Below the pieces are notes generated by a model. It was not told the DNA's origin and did not search any database. It saw only the letters and a list, made by a program, of their open reading frames with translations. A DNA stretch of 64,000 nt from Amphiscolops sp. MND2022 (Eukaryota). A program made the position numbers and the translations under genes. Location of the stretch: contig OZ076409.1 of NCBI GenBank assembly GCA_964187785.1, forward strand, positions 62,250,001-62,314,000, given 5' to 3'. This document shows, piece by piece, positions 11,701 to 26,700 of the stretch. Numbering within the stretch: the stretch's first letter is position 1; each line of letters starts with the position of its first letter.

Positions 11701-14700
11701 ACAACTGAAACGGAATTTTGAAAATGCTGAACCGACCTTACTATGGCTAACTAATCTAAATCAAAAATTGATTACTTTTCCTCGAAATCAGAAAAACATT
11801 GACGCAAAAAAGGCTGGCTTCTACTGGCCGTTGAATAGAATGTGTTGTTGAACTAAATTCTTGGTTTCTTTTAAAATGGAACAGTTCTGCATCCTTTTTA
11901 TTTCATTATTCATTCTCAAAAGTGTTTTCTTGCTCCTGGGGTCTCATATCCAATCAGCATCTTTTGTCAATATTGTTCTGAAAGGGTAACTTTATGCTGT
12001 TAATTTTGGTATGAATGTAAAAGATTGGTCGACTGCTCCTAGGAATGAGGGCAATTTTTCAAAATGGCAGGTCGCAACCTGTCGCCTAATCCCTGGGTTT
12101 TTGCCTTAATCGATGAGATGCCAGTTCGCGTTAAATTATATCCCAGCCACACTATGCTTTCTTGTGCGATCATACGTTTCACGACCTTCAGCTGTGAATA
12201 TGCCTCATGCAGAATTTTTAATACTTCCCTCATTTTGTTTAAATGTTCATGCTTGGTTCCTTTAGTTACAACTAGTATGTCATCTTTGTACACAAAGAAA
12301 CTTTTCATTTTCGCCAACTTGAGCTCCATCAATTTTTTAATTTACAAGGCATTAGCGTAAGGCAATAGATTCACGTTGTTAAACGGTTTGTCCCTGTTCA
12401 TTATTCCCCAACAATTTGAAAATTCCCCGTTTTTTGGTTACTTCCTGTCTGTACGCTCAAGTCATATCTCCGGACAAATACCAAGCCTCCCCATCTTTTC
12501 CGTTAGTTTTTCAGCAATCATATTGCTTAAATTGTCTATATTAGGCATTAGGTATTTGTCTTTAGCTAAAGGCAATCAATTGAGCACTTTCGCGTCGTAG
12601 CAATTTTCACATACTTATCCTTTTTAACAGTTATTACTGTTAGCTGAATAAACAAATCATTTTCCTTTTGATACACTTTATCAATATGCCCCTCCTTTAA
12701 AGCTTTTCAGTTGCTTTATCGCCTCGATTTTGTATCTGAAATGGGATTTGGCGGCGCTTTTGCTGCGTGACTTTCGTATCATGTTCCATTTATTCTTAAT
12801 TTCGTTATTATTCACACGGCCATTTTCTCCTGAGCGATTTCGGAATCTCCTTCAATATTTGTTGAATATCGGGGCTTGCGCACTTTTCGAAAATTATCTC
12901 ACATACTATTTCTTTACAGTTTAAACGTGGTTTATTAAATTTACACTAACCTCTTTCTTTTGGCTGCGTAATTTTGCAGCGGAGATCAACCAACCAATCA
13001 CGGCTCACGATTGTTTTTCCGGAGTTAGACGCTACTAAGACTCTAGCTTTTGACACTATTGCGCCCGCTACCTCAAGTCGCACGAGTTGATAACCAAGTT
13101 AATCCAGTGGCTTCTTGTTATAATCCACGTAGCGCTCATCGTCAATCATATCTCTGATCACCACTTCTTTCTCACTCACAATTTTTTGTTGATCGCGCTT
13201 TGTGGAGAGAGAGAGTGGGTAACCTGTGTCGATAGTTGCTTTAAAATAGCATCCATACATCATCCCTACCATGTAGAAAAAGTTGCACCCTTCTCTGTTC
13301 ATCCGTTACATTGTTTACTCTTAGTCTTTTCCTGATTTTTCGTCAGATTTTTCACTGTAATTCAGCCTGCGCATACTTTTTACGTTATATAACTTGCGTC
13401 ATCTCCTTGTGCCTGTCCGTAAATTCCCTAATACAGCATTTTCCTACCTGTCTGATAATTTTACAAATTTAAAAATGATGAATGGTAGACAAATTCAGAT
13501 GTCTCATTGTGGAGTTAGCTTCCCTGCATCTTTAGCATTCCCTAGGATCAGTCTTTTCCACGACATATACCGAACAATGACTACTGTTTTTAGTGTCTGG
13601 GGGGCTTTTGTTTCGTAAATGTTCTGCCTTTTGACTCCTTCTTCAGACTCAATGGTGACCTCCAATGCTTAGTCAGGCTCTTTTGCTCAGTACTCAGCTT
13701 CTCCAGCACTTTTTTCTTACTCATGTGAAGAGTAAACGTGGTGATGACTAGGGTTGTTGTAATTTTCCCGAAGTCGCACATTGCTGCAAGTCCATTTACG
13801 GCATGCCATAAGTGAACTAATATTTTGCCAGGCTGTCGAATCTTAGATAAAAAAATCGGTCAAGGGTTCAGTTTCGCTTCTCTCGAAAACACTCGTTACA
13901 CATAGTTCTTAGCTGCTGACCCTTTAACTCCCACAAGGCAGTGTTCGGATACTTGTCGATGAACTGTTTCCTCACCTAAGGACAAGTACATTACAGTAAT
14001 AACTTTCTTGTTTGCAGGGTTTTCATCAAGATCCGCTAGCATTAGATGAACCCTGGAATTCTGCTGACTTGATTCCAGTGCCAACTCAGTAATTGAAATG
14101 GAATATTTAACCATCATGGCTACTTGGAAAAGATCGAGTCACTCGTTCAAATCCATAGTAGGGTTAGCAGTCGCGTCGTCGTTCCAGAACACCTGCAAGC
14201 CCACAAGTTGATGAAGATGTTTGGCTCTTTGAAGTCGAACGTTCAGCTCGCTGAGCCATGTTGACGTTGAAATCAATAAACTAGTTGAACACAATATGGA
14301 GGATAACTGTGAATTGATGATGAATTGAAATGTTTTCTTACTGTCTGTTTCGAATAGTCTTACGCAAATGATGCTCGACTAAGTTCAAGGTTCAAGCAAG
14401 TACAGGTACTTATTTACAAACAGTCTTGCTCATTTCATATCTCTACTACAATACGCCAAACAAATACAAAAAAAAACAGAACTTGAAGGAATGTTCACAG
14501 AAAAGTTTCAACTCAAAGTTTCTGTTTTTAAAGAAACGTTTTCTGCCATTTCAGGTTGGTAAGCCTGAAAACAAAGAACTAACAGAACAACTGGAACAAG
14601 AAAATCGATACTATGGAGACCTGATTGTTACAAATGCTGTCGAAGAATATTACAAAACTACCTTGAAAATGTTGATTGGCTACAAATACGTGTCCTGTTT

Positions 14701-17700
14701 TTGCAGCCATGCTGATTACGTCATCAAGTCCGACGATGATAATTACATACGTGTGGAGTTTTTGGATCAGCTGATAACAAAAGAACAGGAAACTCTGGAT
14801 GCATCACAAAAAGTTAGCAAAGATTTCAAAACGTACATACCGAAAATGAAAGTGAAATGAAACTTTGAAACAAGTATCAAAATCCAGACATGTTCTACTC
14901 TTTGTCCAAATTGGTGTTGAAGCATAAAATAAACAAGCGGGAACGGTGTAAGTCAGTCAACAAAATTTTGTAATTATGCTCGACATACCAGCTAGATTGT
15001 TCAAAAAACACTTTGAAATTTTGTTTCTGAAATAAATTTCTGACTCGCGCCTACTTCGTTTCATTTAAATTTTTGTTTCAGCCTCAAAACACTCTGAGGA
15101 TTAAAACGAACATCTATATGGGCAATTGTGGGTTGTTCAAGGTTAGACTTTGCAACTATTTTTGTTTTTCAAGACTTCAAGTAATTTTCATACACAACCT
15201 AGTTAATCTTACAAGCTAGTCATGTCAAATGTTTAGAAAAAAGTTTTTCCTCTCACTTGAACGAAACGGAGAATCTTGTCAGTGAACAAAGTTCATTCAG
15301 GAAGATCAAGAAACAAAGCCTAAAAAATTTAAAGCCTAATTTCTATCTTGATCTTTATAGCCACCATTTTTTGCCCCAGAATTATTGTGCAAAAGTCATA
15401 TCGAAACTATCGTTTCAAACTACTTCATCCTGAATCCTTTCTTCATCAAAAATGAAATCAAAGCTTCTCTGGCCAAGCATATTTAACATGAATTTACAGA
15501 ATTTTCACTGCTCCCGGGAATCAAAGCTCCCGTGATTTTTCTTGTTTTTTTTAAAAAAAAACGTTTTTCAAAAAAAGACCTTGCATGCGTGAAAGCAGCA
15601 CGAAACGTTTCACAGCAGTCAACTGGCATTAAGCAACATACGAATTTGAGAAAAAAGGAACCTAAAACTACTTTTGAAATTTTGTTAAATCTTGATAACC
15701 AACTCGTTATCACAACTAATCAAAATTTCTGCTGTATATTTTCCTTTTGGGCTTTTTGCATCGATCAACAAAAACGACAACTGCTAAAAAATATAAAATG
15801 ATTTCTGACTGTTTGACGTTGTCACGTGAAATCCATATCCAGTTTTTTGAGCCGGCGTTTTCCCCGAAAATCGCTGCACTACTAAGGTGGCAACTTTGAT
15901 CCTCCAGATGTTACTGGGAGACTAACGGCAGAGATTTTTTCCTGCTAATCAGTTTTGGCCAAAAATCAAAAAAGTATCCAGGGCGGTCGAATTGTTACCC
16001 TTCTAGTTATTTGAACTATAAAACAATTTTTTCAGATGCATATGTCAAAAGTACACAGAGAAACAAAGAAAAAACAAACGAAATTAAATAGACATATCCA
16101 AGTAGGACGCAAAATGAGTATTTTTACTCTTCTAAGTTTGCGAGAAGAGTAAAAATACCTTGAGAACCATACATATGCTTTACTTAATTTCTTGATTTTC
16201 ATTTTTTAAAAAAAAACAAATTGAATAGATTTTTGTTGTGTTGTCAACGATACATAGCTTTCTCAATGTCATGATATAGTTCTTGCCGGCCAATGTTTCA
16301 AATTTTCAGTTCCATTAATCAGTTATACGTGTAGCGAGTTGGTCAGAGATTTACGCTTCAAAGTAGTTCTCCAGTAAATGTATGGTAGTAGTTGTCTTCT
16401 TCTAAACCTAGTTGCGTGTATTTTTTCAGGTGTGTTTCCATGATTCAAAAGTTGTAACGGTGATCCCAATCTAATTTGCTTAAGCAGTTCTTTCATCAGT
16501 TCCACATGAAACAGCTCAAAAAACAGCGAAAACACAATTTTTTGTTAAGATTCCACTCAGTGAAACCCTGCTATGCATGAAAATATTGCCTTCAGGATTA
16601 GTGGTTGCGCTTTTTCAAGTTTTACTGAGGTTGTTTTTGGGTCAGAGCCATATGCAGTTATTTTGTACATAATTTTTGATTCAGCAAATTAATAGTAGAA
16701 TAGCAGTAAACAACTTTTCGGATAGAGATGACGAACACGATAGATTAGTCCACGAAATGGATTGAGTTTTTTATAACGTCGATATGTTCTCTAAAGTTCA
16801 GTTTCTTGTCAATGTACGCTCCTAGATACTGACATTTTTGTAGTCAACTTTTCGACAATTTGTATCAAATTTTTCGGTTTTCCCATCCCGAAACAGCTGC
16901 TTTCACATTTTTAGTCGGCGCATTTTATCATAATGAGCCGGAGTATTACAGTGGCAAGTTTTCTTTCCTTTTTTTCGTCAGACAACATAATGTATGCGTA
17001 GTGGACACTTTTTACGGAACTACTAAAGTACTGGAACGGCAAGCGGAATCGCATCTAAGTTAGTGCAAAGGGTCCCCATTTCGTATACTCAACTTTTAAC
17101 GTAAGATACAAAACCGGACAGAACTAAAGGATCCCCCCTTTGAATTTTGTCGGCAAAGTGCCTCTTTTTTAATTTTTTTTGTCGCCAAACGTTCCCTCCT
17201 TCAAATTTTTTATATTTTGCAGCAAACTGAAGTTTCATAAAGCCCAAAGGCTCTCATCTTTCTAGTTTTTTGGCACCATGAGACAAAAACAGAACTTGAA
17301 GGAATGTTCACAGAAAAGTTTCAACTCAAAGTTTCTGTTTTTAAAGAAACGTTTTCTGCCATTTCAGGTTGGTAAGCCTGAAAACAAAGAACTAACAGAA
17401 CAACTGGAACAAGAAAATCGATACTATGGAGACCTGATTGTTACAAATGCTGTCGAAGAATATTACAAAACTACCTTGAAAATGTTGATTGGCTACAAAT
17501 ACGTGTCCTGTTTTTGCAGCCATGCTGATTACGTCATCAAGTCCGACGATGATAATTACATACGTGTGGAGTTTTTGGATCAGCTGATAACAAAAGAACA
17601 GGAAACTCTGGATGCATCACAAAAAGTTAGCAAAGATTTCAAAACGTACATACCGAAAATGAAAGTGAAATGAAACTTTGAAACAAGTATCAAAATCCAG

Positions 17701-20700
17701 ACATGTTCTACTCTTTGTCCAAATTGGTGTTGAAGCATAAAATAAACAAGCGGGAACGGTGTAAGTCAGTCAACAAAATTTTGTAATTATGCTCGACATA
17801 CCAGCTAGATTGTTCAAAAAACACTTTGAAATTTTGTTTCTGAAATAAATTTCTGACTCGCGCCTACTTCGTTTCATTTAAATTTTTGTTTCAGCCTCAA
17901 AACACTCTGAGGATTAAAACGAACATCTATATGGGCAATTGTGGGTTGTTCAAGGTTAGACTTTGCAACTATTTTTGTTTTTCAAGACTTCAAGTAATTT
18001 TCATACACAACCTAGTTAATCTTACAAGCTAGTCATGTCAAATGTTTAGAAAAAAGTTTTTCCTCTCACTTGAACGAAACGGAGAATCTTGTCAGTGAAC
18101 AAAGTTCATTCAGGAAGATCAAGAAACAAAGCCTAAAAAATTTAAAGCCTAATTTCTATCTTGATCTTTATAGCCACCATTTTTTGCCCCAGAATTATTG
18201 TGCAAAAGTCATATCGAAACTATCGTTTCAAACTACTTCATCCTGAATCCTTTCTTCATCAAAAATGAAATCAAAGCTTCTCTGGCCAAGCATATTTAAC
18301 ATGAATTTACAGAATTTTCACTGCTCCCGGGAATCAAAGCTCCCGTGATTTTTCTTGTTTTTTTTAAAAAAAAAACGTTTTTCAAAAAAAGACCTTGCAT
18401 GCGTGAAAGCAGCACGAAACGTTTCACAGCAGTCAACTGGCATTAAGCAACATACGAATTTGAGAAAAAAGGAACCTAAAACTACTTTTGAAATTTTGTT
18501 AAATCTTGATAACCAACTCGTTATCACAACTAATCAAAATTTCTGCTGTATATTTTCCTTTTGGGCTTTTTGCATCGATCAACAAAAACGACAACTGCTA
18601 AAAAATATAAAATGATTTCTGACTGTTTGACGTTGTCACGTGAAATCCATATCCAGTTTTTTGAGCCGGCGTTTTCCCCGAAAATCGCTGCACTACTAAG
18701 GTGGCAACTTTGATCCTCCAGATGTTACTGGGAGACTAACGGCAGAGATTTTTTCCTGCTAATCAGTTTTGGCCAAAAATCAAAAAAGTATCCAGGGCGG
18801 TCGAATTGTTACCCTTCTAGTTATTTGAACTATAAAACAATTTTTTCAGATGCATATGTCAAAAGTACACAGAGAAACAAAGAAAAAACAAACGAAATTA
18901 AATAGACATATCCAAGTAGGACGCAAAATGAGTATTTTTACTCTTCTAAGTTTGCGAGAAGAGTAAAAATACCTTGAGAACCATACATATGCTTTACTTA
19001 ATTTCTTGATTTTCATTTTTTAAAAAAAAACAAATTGAATAGATTTTTGTTGTGTTGTCAACGATACATAGCTTTCTCAATGTCATGATATAGTTCTTGC
19101 CGGCCAATGTTTCAAATTTTCAGTTCCATTAATCAGTTATACGTGTAGCGAGTTGGTCAGAGATTTACGCTTCAAAGTAGTTCTCCAGTAAATGTATGGT
19201 AGTAGTTGTCTTCTTCTAAACCTAGTTGCGTGTATTTTTTCAGGTGTGTTTCCATGATTCAAAAGTTGTAACGGTGATCCCAATCTAATTTGCTTAAGCA
19301 GTTCTTTCATCAGTTCCACATGAAACAGCTCAAAAAACAGCGAAAACACAATTTTTTGTTAAGATTCCACTCAGTGAAACCCTGCTATGCATGAAAATAT
19401 TGCCTTCAGGATTAGTGGTTGCGCTTTTTCAAGTTTTACTGAGGTTGTTTTTGGGTCAGAGCCATATGCAGTTATTTTGTACATAATTTTTGATTCAGCA
19501 AATTAATAGTAGAATAGCAGTAAACAACTTTTCGGATAGAGATGACGAACACGATAGATTAGTCCACGAAATGGATTGAGTTTTTTATAACGTCGATATG
19601 TTCTCTAAAGTTCAGTTTCTTGTCAATGTACGCTCCTAGATACTGACATTTTTGTAGTCAACTTTTCGACAATTTGTATCAAATTTTTCGGTTTTCCCAT
19701 CCCGAAACAGCTGCTTTCACATTTTTAGTCGGCGCATTTTATCATAATGAGCCGGAGTATTACAGTGGCAAGTTTTCTTTCCTTTTTTTCGTCAGACAAC
19801 ATAATGTATGCGTAGTGGACACTTTTTACGGAACTACTAAAGTACTGGAACGGCAAGCGGAATCGCATCTAAGTTAGTGCAAAGGGTCCCCATTTCGTAT
19901 ACTCAACTTTTAACGTAAGATACAAAACCGGACAGAACTAAAGGATCCCCCCTTTGAATTTTGTCGGCAAAGTGCCTCTTTTTTAATTTTTTTTGTCGCC
20001 AAACGTTCCCTCCTTCAAATTTTTTATATTTTGCAGCAAACTGAAGTTTCATAAAGCCCAAAGGCTCTCATCTTTCTAGTTTTTTGGCACCATGAGACTG
20101 TTTTTTTTTCGTTTTTTTATCGAAAATGTTTTCAAATAATTTTTTATATTTTTTTAATTTCTCCAAAGGTCCTTTCTCAACTTTTTTGTTATTTTGCAAA
20201 ACACTGGATTTGAAAAAGTCTAAAGGGTCCCCCCTTTCACAATTTTAAAGAGTTGCGCCTTCTGAGCCTTAGATATAGCGCCGTTTTTAGACGTTCTCGT
20301 CTTGTTTATATAAATTAAAAAGCGAAGCGGACCTAAAACTGAACCCTGTGAAACTCCGGTTGTTTTTTAATTTACTTGACTTTTATCCCGTTAATCAAAG
20401 TATATTGTCCTCTTCCATGGGGATTGTCATCTTCCATGGAGATGTCTTCTTCCATGGAGTTATTTTATATTTCAACTTGAAATACAACTGTAACGTCCGG
20501 CAGTCGGCGTTGCTGAAGTTTTTGGAAATTTCGATCGAAAATTCGAAATGTGCGGCATCGAACAAGCACATTCAAGATGGCCGACCCGGCAGGTACAAAA
20601 ACCGAAGAGGAAGCAAAAAAAGACAGAACGGAGCCAGACCCAGCCCGAGAGACAGACCTCGTTGTCCCTGACACCCGAAGAAACCCAGTAGAGGCTAAAT

Positions 20701-23700
20701 AGAACAAAACCACGGGTTGTGTTGTACCCCCAAAGGATGTCCTGGAAGGCCCGAAGGAGATCGAGATCCCGACAGTGGTTTGCACGAAGATTTTGGAAAC
20801 TGCATGAAGATCAGCATGTTTTATCATTTTCAGTGCATTTGTAGCTATTGCCTTTTATTTCGCAGATTTATGATGGTTCAGGATCTACTAGATCCCTGTT
20901 TTGCCCATTTTAGATCTTATTCACAGAATTGATGTACTTTAGCTAAACCTCTGTTTTTGGCCTCGGAAGAATGTAGGAGGTCGCGGGAACACGCTAGAAA
21001 CCTTAGGATTCGTTTGTACAGGCTTGTGGGGCGTGTCCGGACTTTGAGAGTGCCGGCGCGTTGCCTCGGAGCTCTAACTAGAGGAGCCTCCTTAGACGAA
21101 AGAAAAGTCCCCTTGGAGACCATTTTGGGATCAAAAAGTAGTGTCTAGAGATGTAGTAAGACAACCATCTCCTGTTTAAGCACCCTAGGCATTGTCCCTC
21201 TTCCTAGATGTGCGCCGCTAGCCGAACGTTAAATCTGGAATAGTTTTTATGGTGACCACAGAGGGATATTTTTCAATTTCCACGTCCTGCGAGGAATAAC
21301 TCCTGCTTTCCGGTCTTGTTAGATCCGGATCTGGGAGAAGCTTTTCGGAGGGTCCCAGATTGTTTTTATTGCCTTTTTTGAGCCCTTTGGGCCGATTACT
21401 TGTGTTTTTCTTGCATTTCCTGCATGTTTCCGAGGTCTACGGCCAGAAAAAAAACAGAATCAAACAGTGTACCCCCTTGAACCCTATCTGTACTTGCTGA
21501 AAAAGCTATTCCGGCCTATCCGGAACGTGTTTTAACTGGTTTTCCAGCTTCTTTTCAGCTAATTGGTATTCTACAGGGACTGAGAGGACAATTCGTGAAG
21601 GCCCCAGCTAGTTGAGTGCAAGCCGTCAGGTGCTTCACGTCATAACCTCCACTACCCCTCCTGCTGCCAATTCTACGACGACAGCTGAGTTACTTCGTTC
21701 TCTTTACATTTTCTAGCCCAAAAACCGTATTCCCAGGCCTATTATTACACTAACTAACTGGAAAAATACCCAGAGGGTGTTTACGCCAGTTGTTTCAAAG
21801 TTTGAGCACAAAAACATCGAAAATAACGCCTATAATAGCTCAAATCTCGGTTTTTTCAATTTTAAAAAGCAAACATTTGTAGAGATGAGTATCGCCTGTG
21901 GGAATACCTAACAAACGTTCTGTCAGACCTACCAAGTCGAGAACAAAACCTTTTGTTAGGCTGCATTTCGAAAAATCACGAAAATTTCAGCAATTTTTGT
22001 TTGAAAATCATCAAAATTGGCCATTTTGACCATTTTAGAAGAGGGCGAAACCTTGGGTGTTAATTCTCAAGCCTTTTAAACAGCCCAAAAATTTTGTTAT
22101 TGAGCTTGGCAGTACAAAATACTACTGCTAAGACGATTGTTGACTATCCCCAATATAAATTAAAGTTTTAACATTCCCTTTCTTTCATTACAAACAGACC
22201 TGAGTGAAGGACCCCCATAGGCCTGAGTGTTATTGAAATCAAATTAATTATTATAACCACCCCTGTCCCCTAAATAAAGTTGTTACGTCTTCTAATACTA
22301 CTGATAGAACTATCTAGAACGCCAGAGAACAAAAGAAACATCAAGTTCTTGGCGAAAATACGTGTTTCCAGCATTGTTCCGAGGGTGTGAAAAGTGCAAC
22401 CTGAAATTTTTTTGAGAGAACTTATTTGAAACCTACCAGGTTTCGCTCGCCTATTTTCTGTTAATACAGAGTGTGACGTTGCAAACGCAAAAAATTGTGA
22501 GTTATTCCAACCAGTGGTTGCTGAGAAGTATCCGAAAACGTGCTATTTTTGCGACATTTTGTGAATTCGGCAATCACGTATTTTTGACAAATCGAAATCT
22601 CTCCTAACAGGAAAAACTAAATACAGACTAAACCATCGTGTGAACGCAAAAAGCTACGGTAGTAGCGTGATTGTCAGAGCTCTACTAAAAAAAACCTGCA
22701 GAGAAATCTTAGTCGCAGTTCTGCTCAAAAATCGTGTAAAAATGTCAAAAAAATGGAATTTTAGTTGAGCATAGTGCAATACCTCACAGGTATCCCAGCA
22801 CTAAAATTCATGCAGTTTCGTACATACGGCGCTAGATCCCGACGATTTGTGCAATTTGAGCAGCCGGCTAGAAGTCAAAGCTGAGAAATTGTCATTTTTG
22901 TGAATTTAGACTCGAAAAAATGGGACCTCTGGTACATCAAGTTTTTATCACTTCGGATCGCCAAATATCAAGCCAGACACCTTGCCGCCGTGCTTTTCTG
23001 TTGTGTGGGCAGAATCTACCGTCTCACATACAAAATTTCAGGTAGCTAGGACGCCTAAAAAGCGAGCTTGACCACTTTTTGTGAAATTCACGACATAGTC
23101 AATTTTTTAGTGAACATTGTTAAGTGGCCGTGCTCCACGCAGAATCACTTTTAGCGCAATCGGAGAATAATTCCCCACGATTCAGCCCGTGTAGTGTATG
23201 AGGTGAAAATTTCAGCTCGCTACTAGCAATAGAAGTTACTTTCATACTTTTTGGATTGGCTAATCGACGAAAAAATTGCGTATTTGGGAAATTTTGATCG
23301 AAAGCTTGCACACTTCTGGTCTTGATACGTGCCAGTGAAGCTCCAAACAATCCCTTTCGCGCACCAGGCATCTCCTACACACTTCGCTGAACCCGTAGGA
23401 TCAGCATTGAACAGGCCCCAAGACCAAGGGCCTTAGCCAAACACTCTACGAGACAAGGAGACGAAAGACCCAAAACGCGAAATTCGTCTCCAGCCCGCCA
23501 TCAAAGTCACGTAGGTGCAGCCTGTTCGCGAAAAACACACCTACTCGGTGCCCCGAGTACCTTGTGGGCGTGCGAGTGTGTTTACGAGCGCCATTAGAGT
23601 TTTAGACCTTGTACGCGGAGCGTGTAGAGAAAGTAAACCAGGCACCTCAATAACCATCCATTTAGTAATAGAACGTATCGCCCGACAATAGTGAAGATAT

Positions 23701-26700
23701 TAGCCAACTTGCCATTCAAAACTCAATGTCTTAACCCATGTTGACCACCAAGACCTATCCCAGTCCATAGCTTACCCAATTCTCTAACATCCCGCTCGTC
23801 ACACTAGCATAGCAAATAGTGTAAAATAACCCCAAAGCGCTCTGCGCTAGAAAAACCAAAATAACCACTACCGCCAAGTCTGACGAGAACCCCAAAAACT
23901 TTCTGTTGGCACCAGTCGTACAATCTGCGGCTGCCCAAAAAATTACTAGTGTGTAGCAAATTTCAGTTTATAGTCTTAGTAATCAAAAAGACTTCTTTGA
24001 CCCATCGTCAACCAATCCATGACCATGGAACAACGGGAAGCCGGGACCGAAAGGAGTGGCTTCCACACCACAAACCCATTCGGGAGCGGAATAACCGCCA
24101 GGTTCGAACTAAATGGAGTAAACGGAAGTAGAACAGACATCACCATAGCGGCCATTATTTCAGAAATCATGTCTGACTACATACCGAGCCAGGAGCAAAT
24201 CGTGGAGATAGCCGCTGCAACTAGCCAGCCTAGCTCATCACGAGCCTCACCAGACAGCACGAATTCATTGGATGGCGCTGAAACAATCATGCAGAACGAT
24301 GCCAGGCATCCGCTGGAAGTCACTGACTACAGTTTGGAAAACTGGCCAAACTCCAACAATGGGCAAACAAGCGAGCCCAACCCTGCCAATGGTACTATTG
24401 AACTAACAAGAAACTTAGTAACTCCAGTGGCGGCCCCGCGAACGCCAGCCATTAAAAAGGACCCCCTGTGTCCCCAAAAGTTGACCCGTAGCATAGGCGA
24501 AAACCCTTTTCTGAACACAATAATGAGCACCGGCGGAAGCGTCGAACAAGCCGTCGGAGAATCCGAACGCCCACGTAGAAGAGAATCCGTTGCGATACAC
24601 TTTCTGAACGCCGCCTCCGTCGGGTCCCATCATGGACTATACCACTATAAGTCGATAAACCCACACCACAAGCTCCAGAGCCAGTATCGAAACCGCTCCT
24701 GACTCCACTGTAACCAAGGCAAAGAATGCAACCACGAGAAAACAACAACCACGAGATGCGAGACGACGCCATCATGAAGGACATGGACGAGATGCGGAGG
24801 GGCCTTCTGGAAATGCAAGCTGAAGGAAGGCAGAACCAAGGCCGCTTGGAAGCGTCCATGGCCTCCCTCAATGACTTAATCAAACAGAGAGAGACCGCGG
24901 TGGATGCCCGCGTGGCTGAAATGTCTGCGGTAATGAGAGAAAGAGACCGCCAAGCCGATGAACGCATGAAATTGATGGCGGATACTAAGCAGCGTCGAGA
25001 CATAGACGCCAATGTTCGTATGGCGGACCTAATGACAACCATTCAAGACTTAACATTGGGAGTGAAAGCAATTGTATCACAAACAGCTGCGGCTCAAAAA
25101 CAAGCAGCGCCACGAGCGCCTCAAAAATACCAACAAGTAGCCATGCCTTCCACCAGCGCGGCTCCCCAACCCACCTACCGAACAGTGGCGCAGCCCACTG
25201 CCGAGCAGATTAGGCCCTCAAAATTGGCGCCACCCGCGACTTACAAACGCGACCAGACGAAACTCACCAAGATAGCAAAGTAGCCCACACTGGAACGCGT
25301 GACGCGGAAACCGACCCAATGATCGACTTATCCTCATTCGACCCATACGCCCGCGGAGCATTGACGTCAGGAGATTTCCATTCTGCTGCAGACGAAATAA
25401 TTACGCGTAGGACAAGCTATTATACGGCGAATTCCAGCGCGGCCTTTCGATTACACGCACGAACGCAGACGGTTAAAGATTTCGTCCCGCGGCCACTGGC
25501 AACTAGCACGCAACGAAAATTTACGACCAAACGGAACTTAGAGCAAGAACAGGGCGACGCGGAAGAGCTGCCCGCAGTGGCAGACGAGACTCCTGATACT
25601 CCAAGAACTAGCCAACGACAGGCACTGGCGGAAGCCATCTCCACGGCCATGTCGAAGGGACTGGAACCGCTACTAGCGGTCAAAGAATCAAAAAACAAGC
25701 CTACCAAAAACAGAGGAACAAGAGACGCGAATGCTGACGGATGGATGATGTTGATGAAGCGCCATCTGGAGAAAGCACACGCCAAAGCGACTCCCCTTGA
25801 TAGAGCCTGGACAATATTCGAATACCTAACATGAGGCCAGGGATTACATTACCAATAAGTCCGAGGCTGAAAGAGACACTGACGAGAAAATTTTCGCACT
25901 TCTAGCGCGTCGCTTCGGAACCGGCTCCAGCAAGATACACATCCAACAACAATTCCGAACCCGCAACCAGAATAGCGAGGAAGACTACATGCAATATCTG
26001 GACGCCCTCGAGGGCTTGCGCAGTCAGGGTTACCCCAACGAGGAAGAGACAGTTCGGCGACATGAGATAATGCAACGATTCATCGAAGGAGTAGGCAACT
26101 TCGAGTTGAAGAAGAACCTCGCGCTCATGTACGCCCCCTAACAGTACGTGGAGGCTCCACCGACGGTGGAAGCACTCCGTTTTACCGTCCAACAATACCT
26201 GCGCATGCGCGGTTCCTCATGTTCGGACAATTATCCGATGGCCCATCCTCAACAACATCAGGCCAACCACTCACAACCGAATCACTCCCCGGCACCAGTC
26301 TCACCAGCCTAAGAAATGCAACAACAGCAACCACCAAGGCCTGCGGCCTACCAGCAACCGCCTCAACCACCAGCGGGCCACCGACAACAACCCCAAAGGG
26401 CGTGTTTCAATTGCGGTGATCCATCGCACTTTGTCGTAGACTGCCCGTTAAAAGATCGCGCGGGGAAGCCAGTGCAACAACAAGTACACTAGTGACTACC
26501 ATAGTTGAAAAAGAACGCTTTTTCTGAATGTACTACGATCGTAAGGCAAGAAACCACTTCAAACTCAGTGTCTCTACTCTTATTCACCCCCAAAGTCTAC
26601 CGGTAGTCTCTAATCACATTTTTGTTATAACTTGTGCTCTCCAGAAACAGGGCAGCATGAGTCACAAACGGACTCTTCAGACAATCTAACATCTGTAGCC

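Noticed and set aside
14426..14860. Stand-alone 144-aa and 131-aa (17278-17673) proteins
   Set aside because: Only the central 258 nt are exon; the rest is intron read in frame.
24452..25785. Minus-strand ORFs opposite gag (and plus-strand ORFs opposite pol at 53648-57574)
   Set aside because: Shadow frames of coding sequence with no motifs or splice support.
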